Below are positions 13,430-26,750 of a stretch of DNA of 64,000 nt, one piece after another. The stretch's first letter is position 1. Each line of letters opens with the position of its first letter. The notes beneath the pieces are model-generated. The model saw only the letters and a program-made list of their open reading frames with translations, ran no database searches and was not told the DNA's origin. This DNA comes from Eledone cirrhosa (Eukaryota). The position numbers and the translations under genes are program-made. The DNA lies in contig OZ024758.1 of NCBI GenBank assembly GCA_964016885.1, forward strand, positions 18,042,001 to 18,106,000, read 5' to 3'.

Positions 13430-14761
13430 ATATATTTATATATATATATATATGTGTATGTGTGTGTGTGTATGTGTGTATGTGTGTACGTGTTTATGTT
13501 TGTGTGTGCGTGTGTGTGTATGAAACAACCACATACTATATTTAAGTCCACAGTAATGTTTGGTTACTAATAGATTGTAACCTCAATTTTAATTAAGGTC
13601 ATCACTCTGACGGAAGCACGTAAAGTGAGACGAAAAAAAAAGAAAAAATATATTTTTGAACGTATGATCAGCAGAAAATTGCGGTTATAGATGTTTTGTT
13701 TAATTCCGACAAAAAGAACCCCGTTTAATTAGCACCAGAAATTCAAAGTTATTAGAAACCGCCACTTAAATATTGCAAAAACATTTTTAATGATGCAATG
13801 GAAACTCCTTCACTGAAAGAACAACATACTTTTTGTTTCTGTTGTATTCAAAACAATTCGTTAGTGTTAAGGAGCCATTTTGTTTCGAATATTGCTTTTT
13901 GGAAGTCTGTTGAATACTTAACTACACAGGCTATTCTTGGTCTTATTCCCCCCAAAAAAACTCACTTCACGAAAAAAAAAAAAAACATTTTTTTCTGAAT
14001 TAAAAACCTGAACTTAATTTAAAAGTTAACTATTTCAGCTAAGGCCGTATCAATCTTTTTTCGTGTAATGTTGACATGAATAACGATCGTTGTTTTAGTG
14101 AGAGATGCACAAGATTGATCTTTTTTGTCAAAAACTGAAATCTCAAGAGAGTATCAGCTTTACTACGTGATAAATATTACGCTTCTAATCTGGCAGCTAT
14201 TATCTGGGAAGAAAATCCAAAATAAAAACTATGTTTAACGTTAACTAAAGCATATGAATATGTAGCTAGGTATGTGTTGTGTCTACACACGTTCATACAC
14301 TAAGAATTAAGTGTGTGTACGCACGCGGCACATCTATGTATCTAATTATATATGTATATATGTATAGATATGGAGACACACCCGTAACCTTATACACACG
14401 CCGAAACACTCACTCCGACACACACATGTATATAGACAAGTATATAGATACACAGGCAGGCCGATAGACATATGTATAATTGGATTCATTGACAGATAGG
14501 TAGGTTGATATATAAATAGAAGAATGCTCTTATTCTATACATAAAACACAAAATATATATTTAAATATTTGCTGGCACAGAATTTTGTATCAAAACATTC
14601 GTATATTCAAATACACACACATACACACACACACCCTAAACACAAAATACACACACACCCTCACACAACAATACACACACACGTATTGTCTTTTGTTTCA
14701 TGTATGGAACTCTCATAAAGCTTGTATTGGCGTAGTATGTTTTAATACTATCCCAACACAT

Positions 14762-14868
14762 GTTTGGAGAGGGGAAAGTTGATTAAATTGTCCCCAGTTC
14801 GTTACTGGTACTTTATTTTATCAACCCCGTAAAGACGAAAAGCAAAGCTAACTTCGGCAGGATTTGAA
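14762..14868 (-). mobile_element. SINE family 1 (partial)
   Basis: Reverse complement of core: ggtactttattttatcaaccccgtaaag...ggatttgaac. Confidence 0.8.
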
Positions 14869-14874
14869 CATAGG

Positions 14875-14913
14875 TTCTCTTCTCGGCCTTTTGGCTTAAA
14901 TCAAAGTGTAGTA
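14875..14913 (+). pseudogene. U2: U2 snRNA 5' fragment (~39 nt)
   Basis: ttctcttctcggccttttggcttaaatcaaagtgtagta vs U2 ATCGCTTCTCGGCCTTTTGGCTAAGATCAAGTGTAGTA; similarity stops after the branch-point recognition sequence. Confidence 0.8.
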
Positions 14914-16129
14914 CCTTCCCTATAATGATTTCGGATAAATACGCAAGGTCAACACATTTTGGGTGTAGGGTGAATTCGATATATGATTACTCTACATACG
15001 TTTCACACATCAACAAGAAGAGAGAACCACTTACTCTCGGTGTGAGAGCCGTCTACTGTGATATTTTCATTAATTAGTTTTCTAATTATCTTCATTTTGA
15101 ATAATGTTTTAGTGTGTTGTGTCATTGTCCTTGCATCGAAATAGTATGGCCTAATATTTCTTTTAAGTAAGATGATAGCCTTAAAACCTCTTAATCTACC
15201 GAATGTGATGCAGCTTCCACCGCGTGAATTAATTAATTCTAAAGTAGCTATGTTTATCACGTTCGTGTTATGGAGGCCAAAGTGTGCTTCTTTTGTTATT
15301 TTGGGGAGTTTGTTTTAAATTCAATAACAGATACAAAATCTTTTCTCTGTTCAGTTACAATACATTTGTCACACATTCCCCAAATTTAAATGAGATCCAT
15401 CAAACTGCTTTGCTGATGTTTGGACAGTTTAGTGTTTACGCATATCAATCCAAAGGGTTTAAAGAATTCCAGATGCATGATTTCAGGTGTTAACTGGTTT
15501 TTAACAGAAACGTGAGTTCATTTTATGCTGATACTTTCGGGATTTTTATGTCACTTTCATAAATTCTGGTAAAAGTTTCATTTTCTGAATTGAATCTGAA
15601 TCAATAAACAGCCTGAACATAATTTATTTTTTCTACATTTCAAACACATTTTTAAATTACAGAACATTTTCATTATGCTTGCTTATATAATAATGTAACA
15701 TATATATTCAAACTCAGGGTTATTCATATTCGCAGTCGCAACATTGACAAGGTTTTATAACCTTAACTTACTATTCTATTTGTTTATTAATGTTATGGCA
15801 TTCATTTGAAATTCAGATATCATTTCTCGTTGTTGATCCAATTCAATGAATGCAATAAGATTCGGTACAACTGAATGAAGATATTCACTTGGTTTCAGCT
15901 GATTTGTAGATGATTTTAAGTTATCTTAAAGACACATCTAAATCATATCGAATGTTGATCTTTGTTCTTTAATTTATATATTATCTAATTCACGAACAGG
16001 CCTGACCCTACATAATATCTGAGAATAACTTTATATAAACTAAATTTTTAATTCTCTTTTGGGAAGAACGGATGGTATTATAGCTTAGGTTGTAAGTATG
16101 ATAGTCTGTATGTTTATATGTATGTATGT

Positions 16130-16360
16130 CGGCATGTTAATATGTATATATATATGTATATATGTATGTATATGCATGTATGTTAAAATATATGTATGTA
16201 AATATATGTGTATGTATGTATATATGTATGTTTGTTAATATGTATGTATATATCTACATATGTATGTATGCATGTATGTTAAAATATATGTATGTAAATA
16301 TATGTGTATGTATGTATGTATGTATGTTTGTTAATATGTATGTGTATATGTATGTTTGTT
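16130..16360. repeat. Compound (TATG)/(TA) tract with ~78 bp tandem duplication
   Basis: gcatgtatgttaaaatatatgtatgtaaatatatgtg occurs at ~16174 and ~16270. Confidence 0.6.
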
Positions 16361-16438
16361 AATATATATGTATGTATGTGTATATATATATATGTATGTA
16401 TATTTGCATATATGTATGTATTTATATATGTATGCATG

Positions 16439-16477
<39 letters not shown>

Positions 16478-16485
<8 letters not shown>

Positions 16486-16633
16486 ATACTTTGGGAGGGT
16501 CATGTTGCCAATAAGAAACACACGCACTGGTGCTTGTGTTTCTTATTGGCAACATGATCCTCCCAAAGTATAACAATATCGGTTTCAACACACGATTTCA
16601 GATAAAAAATCTTGCTAAACAAATTCAGAAACG

Positions 16634-16635
<2 letters not shown>
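16478..16635 (+). mobile_element. Fold-back mini-element family G, miniature of the coding PLE (hairpin 16478-16579 + tail 16580-16635)
   Basis: Near-perfect palindrome atattgttatactttgggagggtcatgttgccaataagaaacac...; tail ggtttcaacacacgatttcagataaaaaatc is homologous to the reverse complement of 20069-20125; (TA)n on both sides. Confidence 0.9.
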
Positions 16636-16671
<36 letters not shown>

Positions 16672-16686
16672 TAATACGTACGTATG

Positions 16687-16764
<78 letters not shown>

Positions 16765-16793
16765 TGCATGTATGTTAATACGTATGTATGTTA

Positions 16794-16847
<54 letters not shown>

Positions 16848-16969
16848 GCATTTATGTTAATAGGTATGTATGTACCACCAACCACTAGCTCTATGTAGGC
16901 CTTATTCCAGGCAAGCAAGCATCCATTACAAAACACATTTAGCATAACAAAGATGTCAGAAAGATATTA

Positions 16970-17180
16970 TTGGCAGTATTGGTAGAACGTCGGACAACAC
17001 GCTTTGCATCATAGAGTTGCGGCCCTTTAATTCCTGCGTTCAAATCCCGCTGAGGTTATCTTTGCCTTACATCGTTAAGGTGTCGATAGAATAAAGCACC
17101 AGCAATGCACTGGGGTCGATTTATTCGACTTTCCTCTCCCCGAAAATCCCTGACCTTGTGCCTGCAGAAGATATCATTAT
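16970..17180 (+). mobile_element. SINE family 1
   Basis: Head, B box, core and tail present. Confidence 0.85.
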
Positions 17181-17302
17181 ATATTTACCCATATCCCTAA
17201 ATATACAATCAGCCTTTGGTGCAAATGAAAATGCAATGGTGAATTTTCCAAAGAAACAAAATGTTTATTCACAATCTTACATCAGAATTCTATGCGACTT
17301 AT

Positions 17303-17560
17303 ACTGCTGCACGTCGGGCTGAGGAGACCAAACTCTCCATGTACCGGTCGCTCTCCAATAGGTTCGTGGTCATGCCCTTGGCAGTGGTGACATCTGGTGT
17401 TCTTGGCCCTAGGGCTACCTCCCTATTCACCACCATAGGCGCTGAGCTGACCAGACGCAGGTGTAAGCCTCGAGAGTTGGAATGGCTCTTCCAGCGCATA
17501 TCTCTTACCATTCTCAGGCGAAACGCCTTCTCCTTCATGTTCGCCGGGGCTGTGGGGAGG
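17303..17560 (+). mobile_element. CRE-clade non-LTR retrotransposon C-terminal (REL endonuclease) fragment
   Basis: AARRAEETKLSMYRSL..FVVMPLAVVTSGVLGP..IGAEL..PRELEWLFQRISLTILRRNA matches the CRE-type K..KY..F.PLAVET.G..G..FQRLS..IQRGNA pattern. Confidence 0.8.
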
Positions 17561-17814
17561 TCAGCACGTAGGACCCCATTTGGTCACCATACGGATTAAT
17601 TACACTGTTTGATTTGTGATGAATAATGCTTTAGCTTTCCAGAATATCTCCTCTATCTTTGTAATATGTTATTAAAGCCTCAGTAAATCATATCCGTTTG
17701 CACTGAGTGAACAAGCGTGATATCTGTAAGTACTATTTATAGGGAGGTAAAGATATACTTATATATATAATAAAATCATAAACTGTTGTCATATTTACAA
17801 AAATGATACGCGAA

Positions 17815-18089
17815 AGGGCCCACCCACAGCCCCGGCGGACAAAATGGAGAAGGCGTTTCCCCGAAGGACGGCAAGGGAGACGCGCTGGAAAGCCACTCCA
17901 ACTCGCAGGGCTCAAACACCTGCGGCTGGCCAGCTCAGCGCCTATGGTGGTGAGTAAGGTGGTACCCCTGGGCCCGAGGACACCTGAAGTCTCCAATGCC
18001 AGGGGTACGACCGCAAACCTGTCGGAGAGCGACTGGTATTTGAGGAGTTTGGCCTCCTCGGCCCGACGTGCAGCAGAACCTGGGTCAGT
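17815..18089 (-). mobile_element. Second CRE-clade fragment, opposite orientation
   Basis: PGSAARRAEEAKLLKYQSLSDRFAVVPLALETSGVLGPRG..IGAELASRR, with later frameshifts. Confidence 0.8.
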
Positions 18090-19037
18090 TATTAAATATG
18101 TTATGATGTGACGTCAAATATGTAATCTACAAATGATATAATGAAAACAAATGATCGTTACCTGTAGTGACGTCAGATATATTGCACAACCTTTTCAGTA
18201 AACAAGATGACAATTGCAACAGAAGGAAATATGATAACGTAATCAACAAGCAGAAATATATTGACAACTCAATTGTCTATTGAAAGGCAGCAAATTGAAA
18301 TATTACACATTTAGATAATAATCACGGAATCGTCTATTAGATGTTGTTTGTTTAAAGTAGATATCATTTCTTTAAAATAATCATACAGTAATAGTACTAA
18401 CCAATTATGCCGTGAAGGCTGCGCATATGCCAGTAATGATATTTTCTATAGCGTTAAATGCACAGAATATATCATTTGACATCGTTACGTTTGCACTAAG
18501 TGGACAACGTATCTTGAATAATTTAACAAGCACAACATTTTGACCTTGGCGCTTACATACAATAGTGGATTATAGATTCTCTTATAGTCAGGTTTGTATA
18601 CATTATTTTCAAAGCTTTCATTATGTGCACTTATCAGATGATTCATATACTCTCACATGCAACAGCCTGATCTCATCTGGCAATATTCACGGCTAATTAT
18701 AACTAGTTGTATTAAATATAAGTTGTCCGCACTCAGTTTTATAAGTAATTGCATTATATATGCATGCAGGCAATTGATTATATGACATATATCTGAGTGA
18801 TAAATGTATCTTGAATTTTTATGAAATAACAATATATAAAATCGATGCATACCTGCAATATTGTTCAATATTTCAAGCAGGGTTATAAATTAGATCAAAT
18901 GAATTCAAAAGAAATTTTAGGAGAAAAACGAAGTGATTTTCTTTCTATAGACTGAAGAGTGGTGGGCGATGCACATATATACTGGCACCGGTTTTATATG
19001 TACCTATTAGTGTGACGTCTCACGCATGCGCAACAGC

Positions 19038-19222
19038 TGGATTGGTTGTATCGGTAGAGGGTCGGACGCCATGCTATGACGCATAGATTTACGGCCCTTT
19101 CCAATCTGAGTTCAAATCCCGCCGACGTTAACTTTGCCTTTCATCCTTATGGGATCGATAAAATAAAGTACCAGTAATGCACTGGATAATGGCTGGCCTT
19201 GTGCCAAATGTAGAAAGAGTTA
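19038..19222 (+). mobile_element. SINE family 1
   Basis: Head, B box, core and tail present. Confidence 0.9.
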
Positions 19223-20326
19223 TTTCAAAGAAAGGGCAACTCAGGACTCGAACTCTCAACTTCACAAATACCTAGACTTACATTTTAAATTACATAATGT
19301 TTCCATGCCAAAATATATTCGCTTAACAATATTTAATATAATTACAGAATGTAAAGAAGGTGTATAATCTTTCATTAGCCTATTTTATTTGCAGCTGTCA
19401 TTTTACCTGTAGATTCCATTTGGAAATTAGATTATTCTTGGTATCTAGACAATAAGAAGGCTTTATGCCTTTCTATCATTTTGAGTTTAGATCTATTTGA
19501 AGTTTCCATCTAATACATCTGAAATATTAACATCCTAAGCTCATTTAAAATATGTATGTGACTGGTGTAAAACCGCTAGTATATTAATCTCTAAATATAT
19601 AACCTCGGTTCTTTATCTGTCATAATATAAGAAATCTACAAATTCGCATTTGTGCATTTTATATAAGGAATAATAAAAGTAATCCTGGCAGGTTCTCGTA
19701 TTGTCAACAATTCTGTTCTTTATTATTTATCACTTATCGCATAAAGCCTGAAACATTTCAAATAAAAAATATATTTCTTTGTAACATTGTTTCATTTGTA
19801 CTCGATTCTAATCAGGTTTCATAATCAAACATCAAGAAGAAATTAAATAAGGCGAAGCAGAAAATATTCGTCTTCTAATAGAGACGTTTTAGAATTTCGC
19901 TTTTGAAGTGAATCCATGAAATCGCATGTCATGATTCCTTTAAGGTCTGGACTTATTATTGGTGTGATGTTGCCAATAGCCTATGGCTAAATAATCAATG
20001 TGTATTGATATGGAACAAAACCATTTCATTATCAAGACATAAAACATCCATAAATATACATATATATATAACGGCGATGGATTTGATTTGCGAGGTTTTT
20101 GATATGAAATCGTGTGTGGAAACAAATATTGTTATACTTGGGGAGGGTATAATTGTTGTAATAATATTGCCAGAAGTAATAAGAGAACACACTCACTGTT
20201 TGGTGTGTTTTCGCTTCTGTATGTTTTATATCTCCACAGTTAATTCATTTGGTCCTTAATGTTTATCATTGACTGACCAACGGTGAGAAATACAGATATA
20301 AACACACATATATATATATTCTAACT

Positions 20327-20363
20327 CAGTTCTTTCATTGCACATCTGCACATCATCAGCGGT
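20327..20363 (-). ncRNA. Decayed hammerhead ribozyme in the PLE 3' pseudo-LTR
   Basis: Minus strand CUGAUGA-u-gugca(gaug)ugcaau-GAAAG(aa)CUG; same layout as 3134-3178 but the cleavage triplet and stem I are broken. Confidence 0.55.
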
Positions 20364-20639
20364 GCTATTGTGTTTCTCCTGTTGTATTGTATGTATACGT
20401 CATTTTTATTTTATCTGTTTATTTATTTTTGCCTTCTTATCTCTGCATGCGTTTGCGTGTGTGTATAGTGTTTGGTGTGTGTGTTCGCGTTTGGGTGACT
20501 GTGTTTTAATTATTGTATTCTATCTTAGTTTACTACTGTGTGTTTATATGTGTTTGTTGTTATTGTGCTTGTGTATATATTTATTTATTTATTTATATTT
20601 CTCTTAAGTCATTATTGTTTGTTTGTGTGTTGTTGTTAT

Positions 20640-22560
20640 TCCATTTATTTTTTTTCTGTTTAGCTCTATTTCGCCTGCCTCTCTGATTTACCTATCTGCT
20701 GGGTCATTTCTATGTTTCGATATTATTTTAATTTCTATGTTGTCTATATTACCGTCATGTTGTTGTCCTATTTCGTCCTTTTAATTCCCCCCAATGTTGG
20801 TCTATCCTTTCTCCTATGCTTCGAGCTGTCTCGCCTATGTATGTTGTTGTCATGTTTCTGCAAGTACCCTCTGTACATGTTATGCTATAGACTACATTTC
20901 TAGTTGTACAGTTTATCTGGGGGTTTACTTTTACATATAACACATTTCCTATTAGTACAGTGGGTGTCCTTAAAAGGGTACTTTTTGCTGATCAGGGATT
21001 TTATGGTAGTTCCTGGCTTTTCTACCACTTTAATTTTTAAGTTGGTCTTTCTCAGGGCCTTTCTACATTGGTTAGCTAATTTCCCTCCAGGCGTAGCGTC
21101 CACGTACATGACACTCTGGTATCTCTGGTTGTCGTACCATGAGGTGGCTTTCCATATCTTATGTTTAGTCCTATCTAAGATATTCCATGATTTGCTCCTG
21201 TATAATGGGCACATTCCTTTCATATCCAGTTCTACGAGGGTTTTATACTCCTCCGTGGCTCCTTTGTATACTCTGATTCTGTCTCTTTGGTTGTAGCCAG
21301 AGAACTGCATGCGGTTGATGAGGTGTTGGATGTGTCTTTCCATTTCTGGTGGGTCGCACATGCGGGACACGTTCTTCATCACTCGTACTAAGTCTGCGAT
21401 CAGAATATTAAACTTAGCACTACAGGACATTGCTGAATTTTTGAGTATCAGGTATTTGGAGGCCATGGGTTTAACGTAGTATGAGTGGAGAATTTGGGCC
21501 CTCTCGTCTATAGTGTTAATCCAGAGTTCCGTGTCTAATACAGGTAGTCTATTGTTAGGGTAGTCGATAGTTACAGTTATACTCTAGTGTATGGAGTTAG
21601 CTATCTGATGGATGCTTTCTATTTTGCTACATTCTAAATCATATTTGTTAGTACTCTCTTGTGGGGGTGTCCTTATTACTATATTAATATCGTCTACGTA
21701 ACGAGAGTACATGATGAGGTCTATGGAGCTCTTATCAAGGCGATATTTGAGTCTCCTTTCCCACCATACAATTACAAGGTTGGCAACGTCACCAGCTATG
21801 CTGACGCCAATGGCTGGTCCCTCACTTTGGGTGTAGATATTTTCGTTGAATTTGAATAAATGGCACTTTAGCGTAGTTTTAATACTAGGCCCTATTGCAT
21901 GCGCGACCATTTTTCCCATCTGATCATTGTCTGGCGGGTCCGTATGACTTTGCTCCACCCAATCCACCTTCCCATGGGAGTCCTTTTTGCCATTGAGGTT
22001 ACGGTGGGGGATCTACCTCTTATGTGTCTACTGGTGCAGAAACGGTTAAGGTCATGGCTATCTAGGTACTCGGTGTCATAGGTAAGTCTAAGTAGGCGAC
22101 CCAGTTCATCTGCGTCGACGTAGCAGAACTCCATCACACTCTCACTGATTATCTCTACACATTTTTCTACAGCAAAATCAATGTTAATGGATGGGTATAG
22201 TGATACCACGTCCATACTGCCTATTATGCAGTTAGATAGGTTTTTGTTTTTGTTGCAATCATTGATTCTGCTGAGGAGGTCCTCTGTACAGTCACACACA
22301 TCTGGGAACCTCTTAATTATGGGGCGTATAATCATTGATAGGAAGTAGGAGATCCTGTAGTTGCTAGCGATATTGGCTCCACATAAATCTTGTTGGTGGT
22401 CCTGTTGTGGGGTCGTCGAATGTCTTATGGTCTCTGCGGAGCCCATACAAAGATGGTATGTCATTGTTAGACGCCTGGAATTTTCTGGCAGTGCGTCTGC
22501 TTAGCTTTAGGATGTCGGTCCACATCATCATCTGAGCGTTGAGGACCTTTTCTCCCCTCA
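20640..22560 (-). pseudogene. PLE reverse transcriptase + GIY-YIG endonuclease (disrupted ORF)
   Basis: LYGLRRDHK, GSMDVVSLYPSI, QSEGPAIG, YSRYVDDI, LPVLD, YYVKPMAS; linker HCTNRKCVIC; CTTRNVVYSITC..C..YIGETARSIGERIDQH..IREA; premature TAG at 21584 and frameshifts. Confidence 0.93.
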
Positions 22561-22666
22561 TGTGGTGATATAAAAGATACATAAGCGAAAACCAACCCAA
22601 ACAGTGAGTGTGTTCAGTTATTATTTCTGGCAATATTATTACAACAATATGACCCTCCCGAAGTAT

Positions 22667-22705
<39 letters not shown>

Positions 22706-23817
22706 AGAATATATCATAAGAATAGAGGAGAAACTATGATATAATATGTTAGATGTCTTTAGTCGAAGCGAACCGTGCTCAATGCTTTAAGATGCATATA
22801 CGTGTATTATTTCTGTAACTATATATGCATAGACATATTTATCTTTCGTAATAAATACGCAAGAACACTCACACCAGGGATCAAATCGTGTTATAAGAAT
22901 ATTTTATGTCATCAAATATATTATCCGTTTACACTTGTTTCAGAAGTGGGATTCAATTATCTCCAGGTCCATCAGTTCATTCATGTTGAAATTAACTCTG
23001 GTATTAGTTTTATAAGAAGTTCGATAGAAGGGGCAATAATTATTAATGGCTTATGTTTATAGAAACAGTGAGAATCGAAGGTAATCATTTTTTAAATTAT
23101 AAATGAAAGTAGCCGGTAGTTAACCTATACCATGCTTATATTGTAAGCTTAAAATACTTTTATATTAGGGGCAATAATCTAGAGGTGCATAGGGGGTTAG
23201 AGTTAGGGTGAGGAGGTAGTGTGAAGGGGAGCCCCACCATAAGAAATTAATATATATCTTATGTAATATACATCGTTTACGCAAAATTTAAAGCCATATA
23301 TATAGCACATGTTTCTATGAAATATTTAGGAAATTTATGTCGTAAAATTATGTGTTATTAAATCTATACAAAATCTTTAGACTATTTCTGACAAACCTAT
23401 CTTACATGTCATGCGTGTAGTCAAATTAGAAAAAAAACAACGTTTTGAATTCATATGAAACACACTTGCCAGGTCTATTTACACATGAGATTTTTTTTTC
23501 TTTTCAATTGACTCGTTATTCATGAATGAATTTAATACCAATTTATTTTTCACGCGGCATTAAATTTAGAGCCATTTACGTTGAAGAGAGGAAAAGCCAC
23601 ATCTATCAACCCTTTGTTTAGCAGCAGCTGCAATATTTTCTTCTGACTGTCTGAAAAGGGAAATCGCAAAGATTTAAAAGTTTCATTAATATTTACACTT
23701 GCATCATGTCTAATGTAATGTTATTCAAGATAAAACGATATGTATATTTTGAAATCATAGCTCAGCAAATGTAAATCCCAGCATATATATATATATATAC
23801 ATATATATATCATATAT

Positions 23818-23903
<86 letters not shown>

Positions 23904-23910
23904 ATATATA

Positions 23911-23952
<42 letters not shown>

Positions 23953-23981
23953 CATATATATACATATATATCATATATATT

Positions 23982-24037
<56 letters not shown>

Positions 24038-24551
24038 GTGAGTGAGTGGTGGTGGAGAGAGAATTGAAGGAAAAATAGAGACATTTCAAAAGGGCAGAAT
24101 TCACTTAAATAAATTTGCAAAGCTAAATATGTTTCATATATTGAACACTAAACACCGGTTCCCATCTTAGCAAGCAATTGAGCAGAATATGTTATTCATA
24201 TAACAGGTATAAAATCATCATATTCGATATACCCCCATATGAAATTTAAATAGCCTTTTAGTATAGACATGTTTTTCATTTATATATATTTTATTGTTTG
24301 TGATTTTTAAAATTTATTTATAAAATATATCACCAACATCTATGAGTTAATAAGTAGTATTTCTTAAAATAATCAATTGAAGCACATATGTGGCATTCTA
24401 CAAAGCTTTAATAAATATTAAAACGGAAATATCTGGAGAGAAAACATAAAATAATGTCTACATTCAAGGGATACTGGCCCTTCTGTGAAATTATTGACTT
24501 TTAAAATATTATCTTTTAAATAACATTATCTTTTTATAATTGATTCTTATT

Positions 24552-25038
24552 TAGGGCACAAAGCTAACAATATTTTGGGGCAAGACGGTTACATTAACCA
24601 CACTTCCTTACTAATACTGTATTTTATCGATCCTGTTAGTATGAATGGCAATGCTAATTCCGGCAGTGTTTGAACACATTATCTGTTAATAATGGTTTCA
24701 GATGTAGGCACAAGGCCATTAATTGTTTTGTGGGAGAAAAAAGTTGATTAAATCGACCCCAGTGCGTTACTGGGGATTTATTTCATCTACTTCGTAAGGA
24801 TGAAAGGCAAAGTTAATCTCCGTAGGATTTGGAAACATTATCATGTAATAATGGTTTCTTATGTAGGCACAAGGCCAGCAATTTTGGGGGAAGGGAAAGT
24901 CGATTATAACGGCCCCAGTGCATTACTAGTACACTTTTTTATCGACCCCGTATGGATGAAAGGCAAGGTTAACCTCGGCGGATTTGAACTCAGAACGCAA
25001 AGCGCCAGAACTATGCTGCAAAGCATGGTGTCTGACGC
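24552..25038 (-). mobile_element. SINE family 1 trimer (24552-24675, 24689-24830, 24848-25038)
   Basis: Three reverse-complement units ggcacaag...gatgaaaggcaa...tttg(g/a)a. Confidence 0.85.
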
Positions 25039-25070
25039 GTTGCAGCATAGTTGTGGCCCTTCGTATAACA

Positions 25071-25280
25071 TATAAATTATAATATATAAATATAATATAT
25101 AAATATAATATATAAATTATAATATATAAATATAATATATAAATATAATATATAAATATAATATATAAATTATAATATATAAATATAATATATAAATATA
25201 ATATATAAATATAATATATAAATATAATATATAAATATAATATATAAATTATAATATATAAATTATAATATATAAATTAT
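25071..25280. repeat. 13-14 bp AT minisatellite
   Basis: Unit tataatatataaa(t) repeated throughout. Confidence 0.9.
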
Positions 25281-26678
25281 ACAGATTTGTAAGAGAATAA
25301 TGATTGCAAAGTCCACAATATTTAGCACTCGGAGACATTGACATCAAACAATGTACATACAAGAATACTTATAAAATGTTCAAATAATATTTTCATTTAT
25401 CAACAATTTAGACAAACAATTAATTTTAATTATCATCTAATATGTTATAATTTCTACAGGTTATTCGCACTTTTCAATAACGCCATTGTCTTCCTTACCT
25501 TTTCTTTGTTTAATATACTTTTCAGGCCTCTTTAGAATATTTTCCACCACAATATAACACTAGAATACACTCATGTCTATTTAGGAGTATTTGAGTCCTC
25601 CAGTAAACTGCAAGTAATTTGAAGCAGCTCCTCCTTCAATTACGTCCTTTACACATGGAGAAGAAAGCAGATGTTAGATAAACTTAGATGTATGATGCTA
25701 AGTAGAAGATTGCAACGATCATGACAGAAATTGTTTTATCTTACACATTTATCTTCAAAAAGGGCAATTAAATAATCTCACCTGACACTAATATTGATTT
25801 ACAAAACTATATATATCCCAATGTATTTTTTATTAGCAAATATGTTGTTTTATTTAACATTTTTGCCTTTGCTGTGATGATGTTATTATTCAAAAACGAA
25901 AATAGCAACACTCGACCCTTATTTGATGAAAGTTTCCATTAATGCCATTCATCCCAGCAGGGACGAACAAAGAACCCACAGTCTATTAATAAACAATCAC
26001 TAAGCGTTTGTTGGAAAGCAGTTCCCTTACAGATAGAAGCTAATACGAGTGAATACGATATTTTCGTCCGATTGTAAGTGGTTATATTACATTAGATAAA
26101 TATTTATCTAGGAACATGATAGTTGTTCAGTAATTTGAGATGATCCTTCTATCGATGCCTAACAAGTTGAACAATAAGCAATGAGCAAAGTGTTAATAAA
26201 AACCGGTCAACTTCATATACATATAATTAGAGTGATTTAAATTAATTGGATAAAAAAATCTCTGATAAAAAATCTAATTGTCGCTAATCAGCGGTAAAAA
26301 AATCCCTTATCCAGTAAATTGACTATTAAACAAAATTCTTCAAATTGACAGTTATTCTAACACTTAACATCATTTAAGTTTCCTATTTCAAAACCCCGTT
26401 ATCGGATTCTTAGTATAAAGTTTAAAACCAATGATTAATCAATGATATAGAGAAGCCAAATTAATTATAAGCATATAAAAAACCTCATTTATTCACAAAT
26501 CAATACATTTGAGAATAGCTTAATAGTGGCTGTTAATAAAGCTTCGAAAATGTAAAGTATGAGTGTTGCAGCAGTATTTAGTTTGTTATACTATATTGGA
26601 AAATAAGAGGAGGCAATACAAAAACTGAAATATATGACCATTAGGAAGATATATATATATATATATATCCATGTTCAG

Positions 26679-26744
<66 letters not shown>

Positions 26745-26750
<6 letters not shown>

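Larger units (their letters stand above)
20069..22674 (-). mobile_element. Penelope-like retroelement, 5'-truncated, with inverted arms (20126-20238 / 22561-22674) and 3' tail (20069-20125), between (TA)n tracts
   Basis: RT and GIY-YIG coding remnant; ~113 bp inverted repeat atattgttatac...ccaca / tgtgg...gtataacaatat; TA tracts at both ends. Confidence 0.92.

Noticed and set aside
20640-22560. Selenocysteine (UGA) recoding as in some Naiad PLEs
   Set aside because: The interruptions I could read are TAG/TAA stops, frameshifts and deletions; no in-frame TGA at a Cys position was evident.
25950-26420. Possible further LINE RT remnants (also ~12350 and ~34330)
   Set aside because: Only single degenerate motifs; too weak to call without a profile search.
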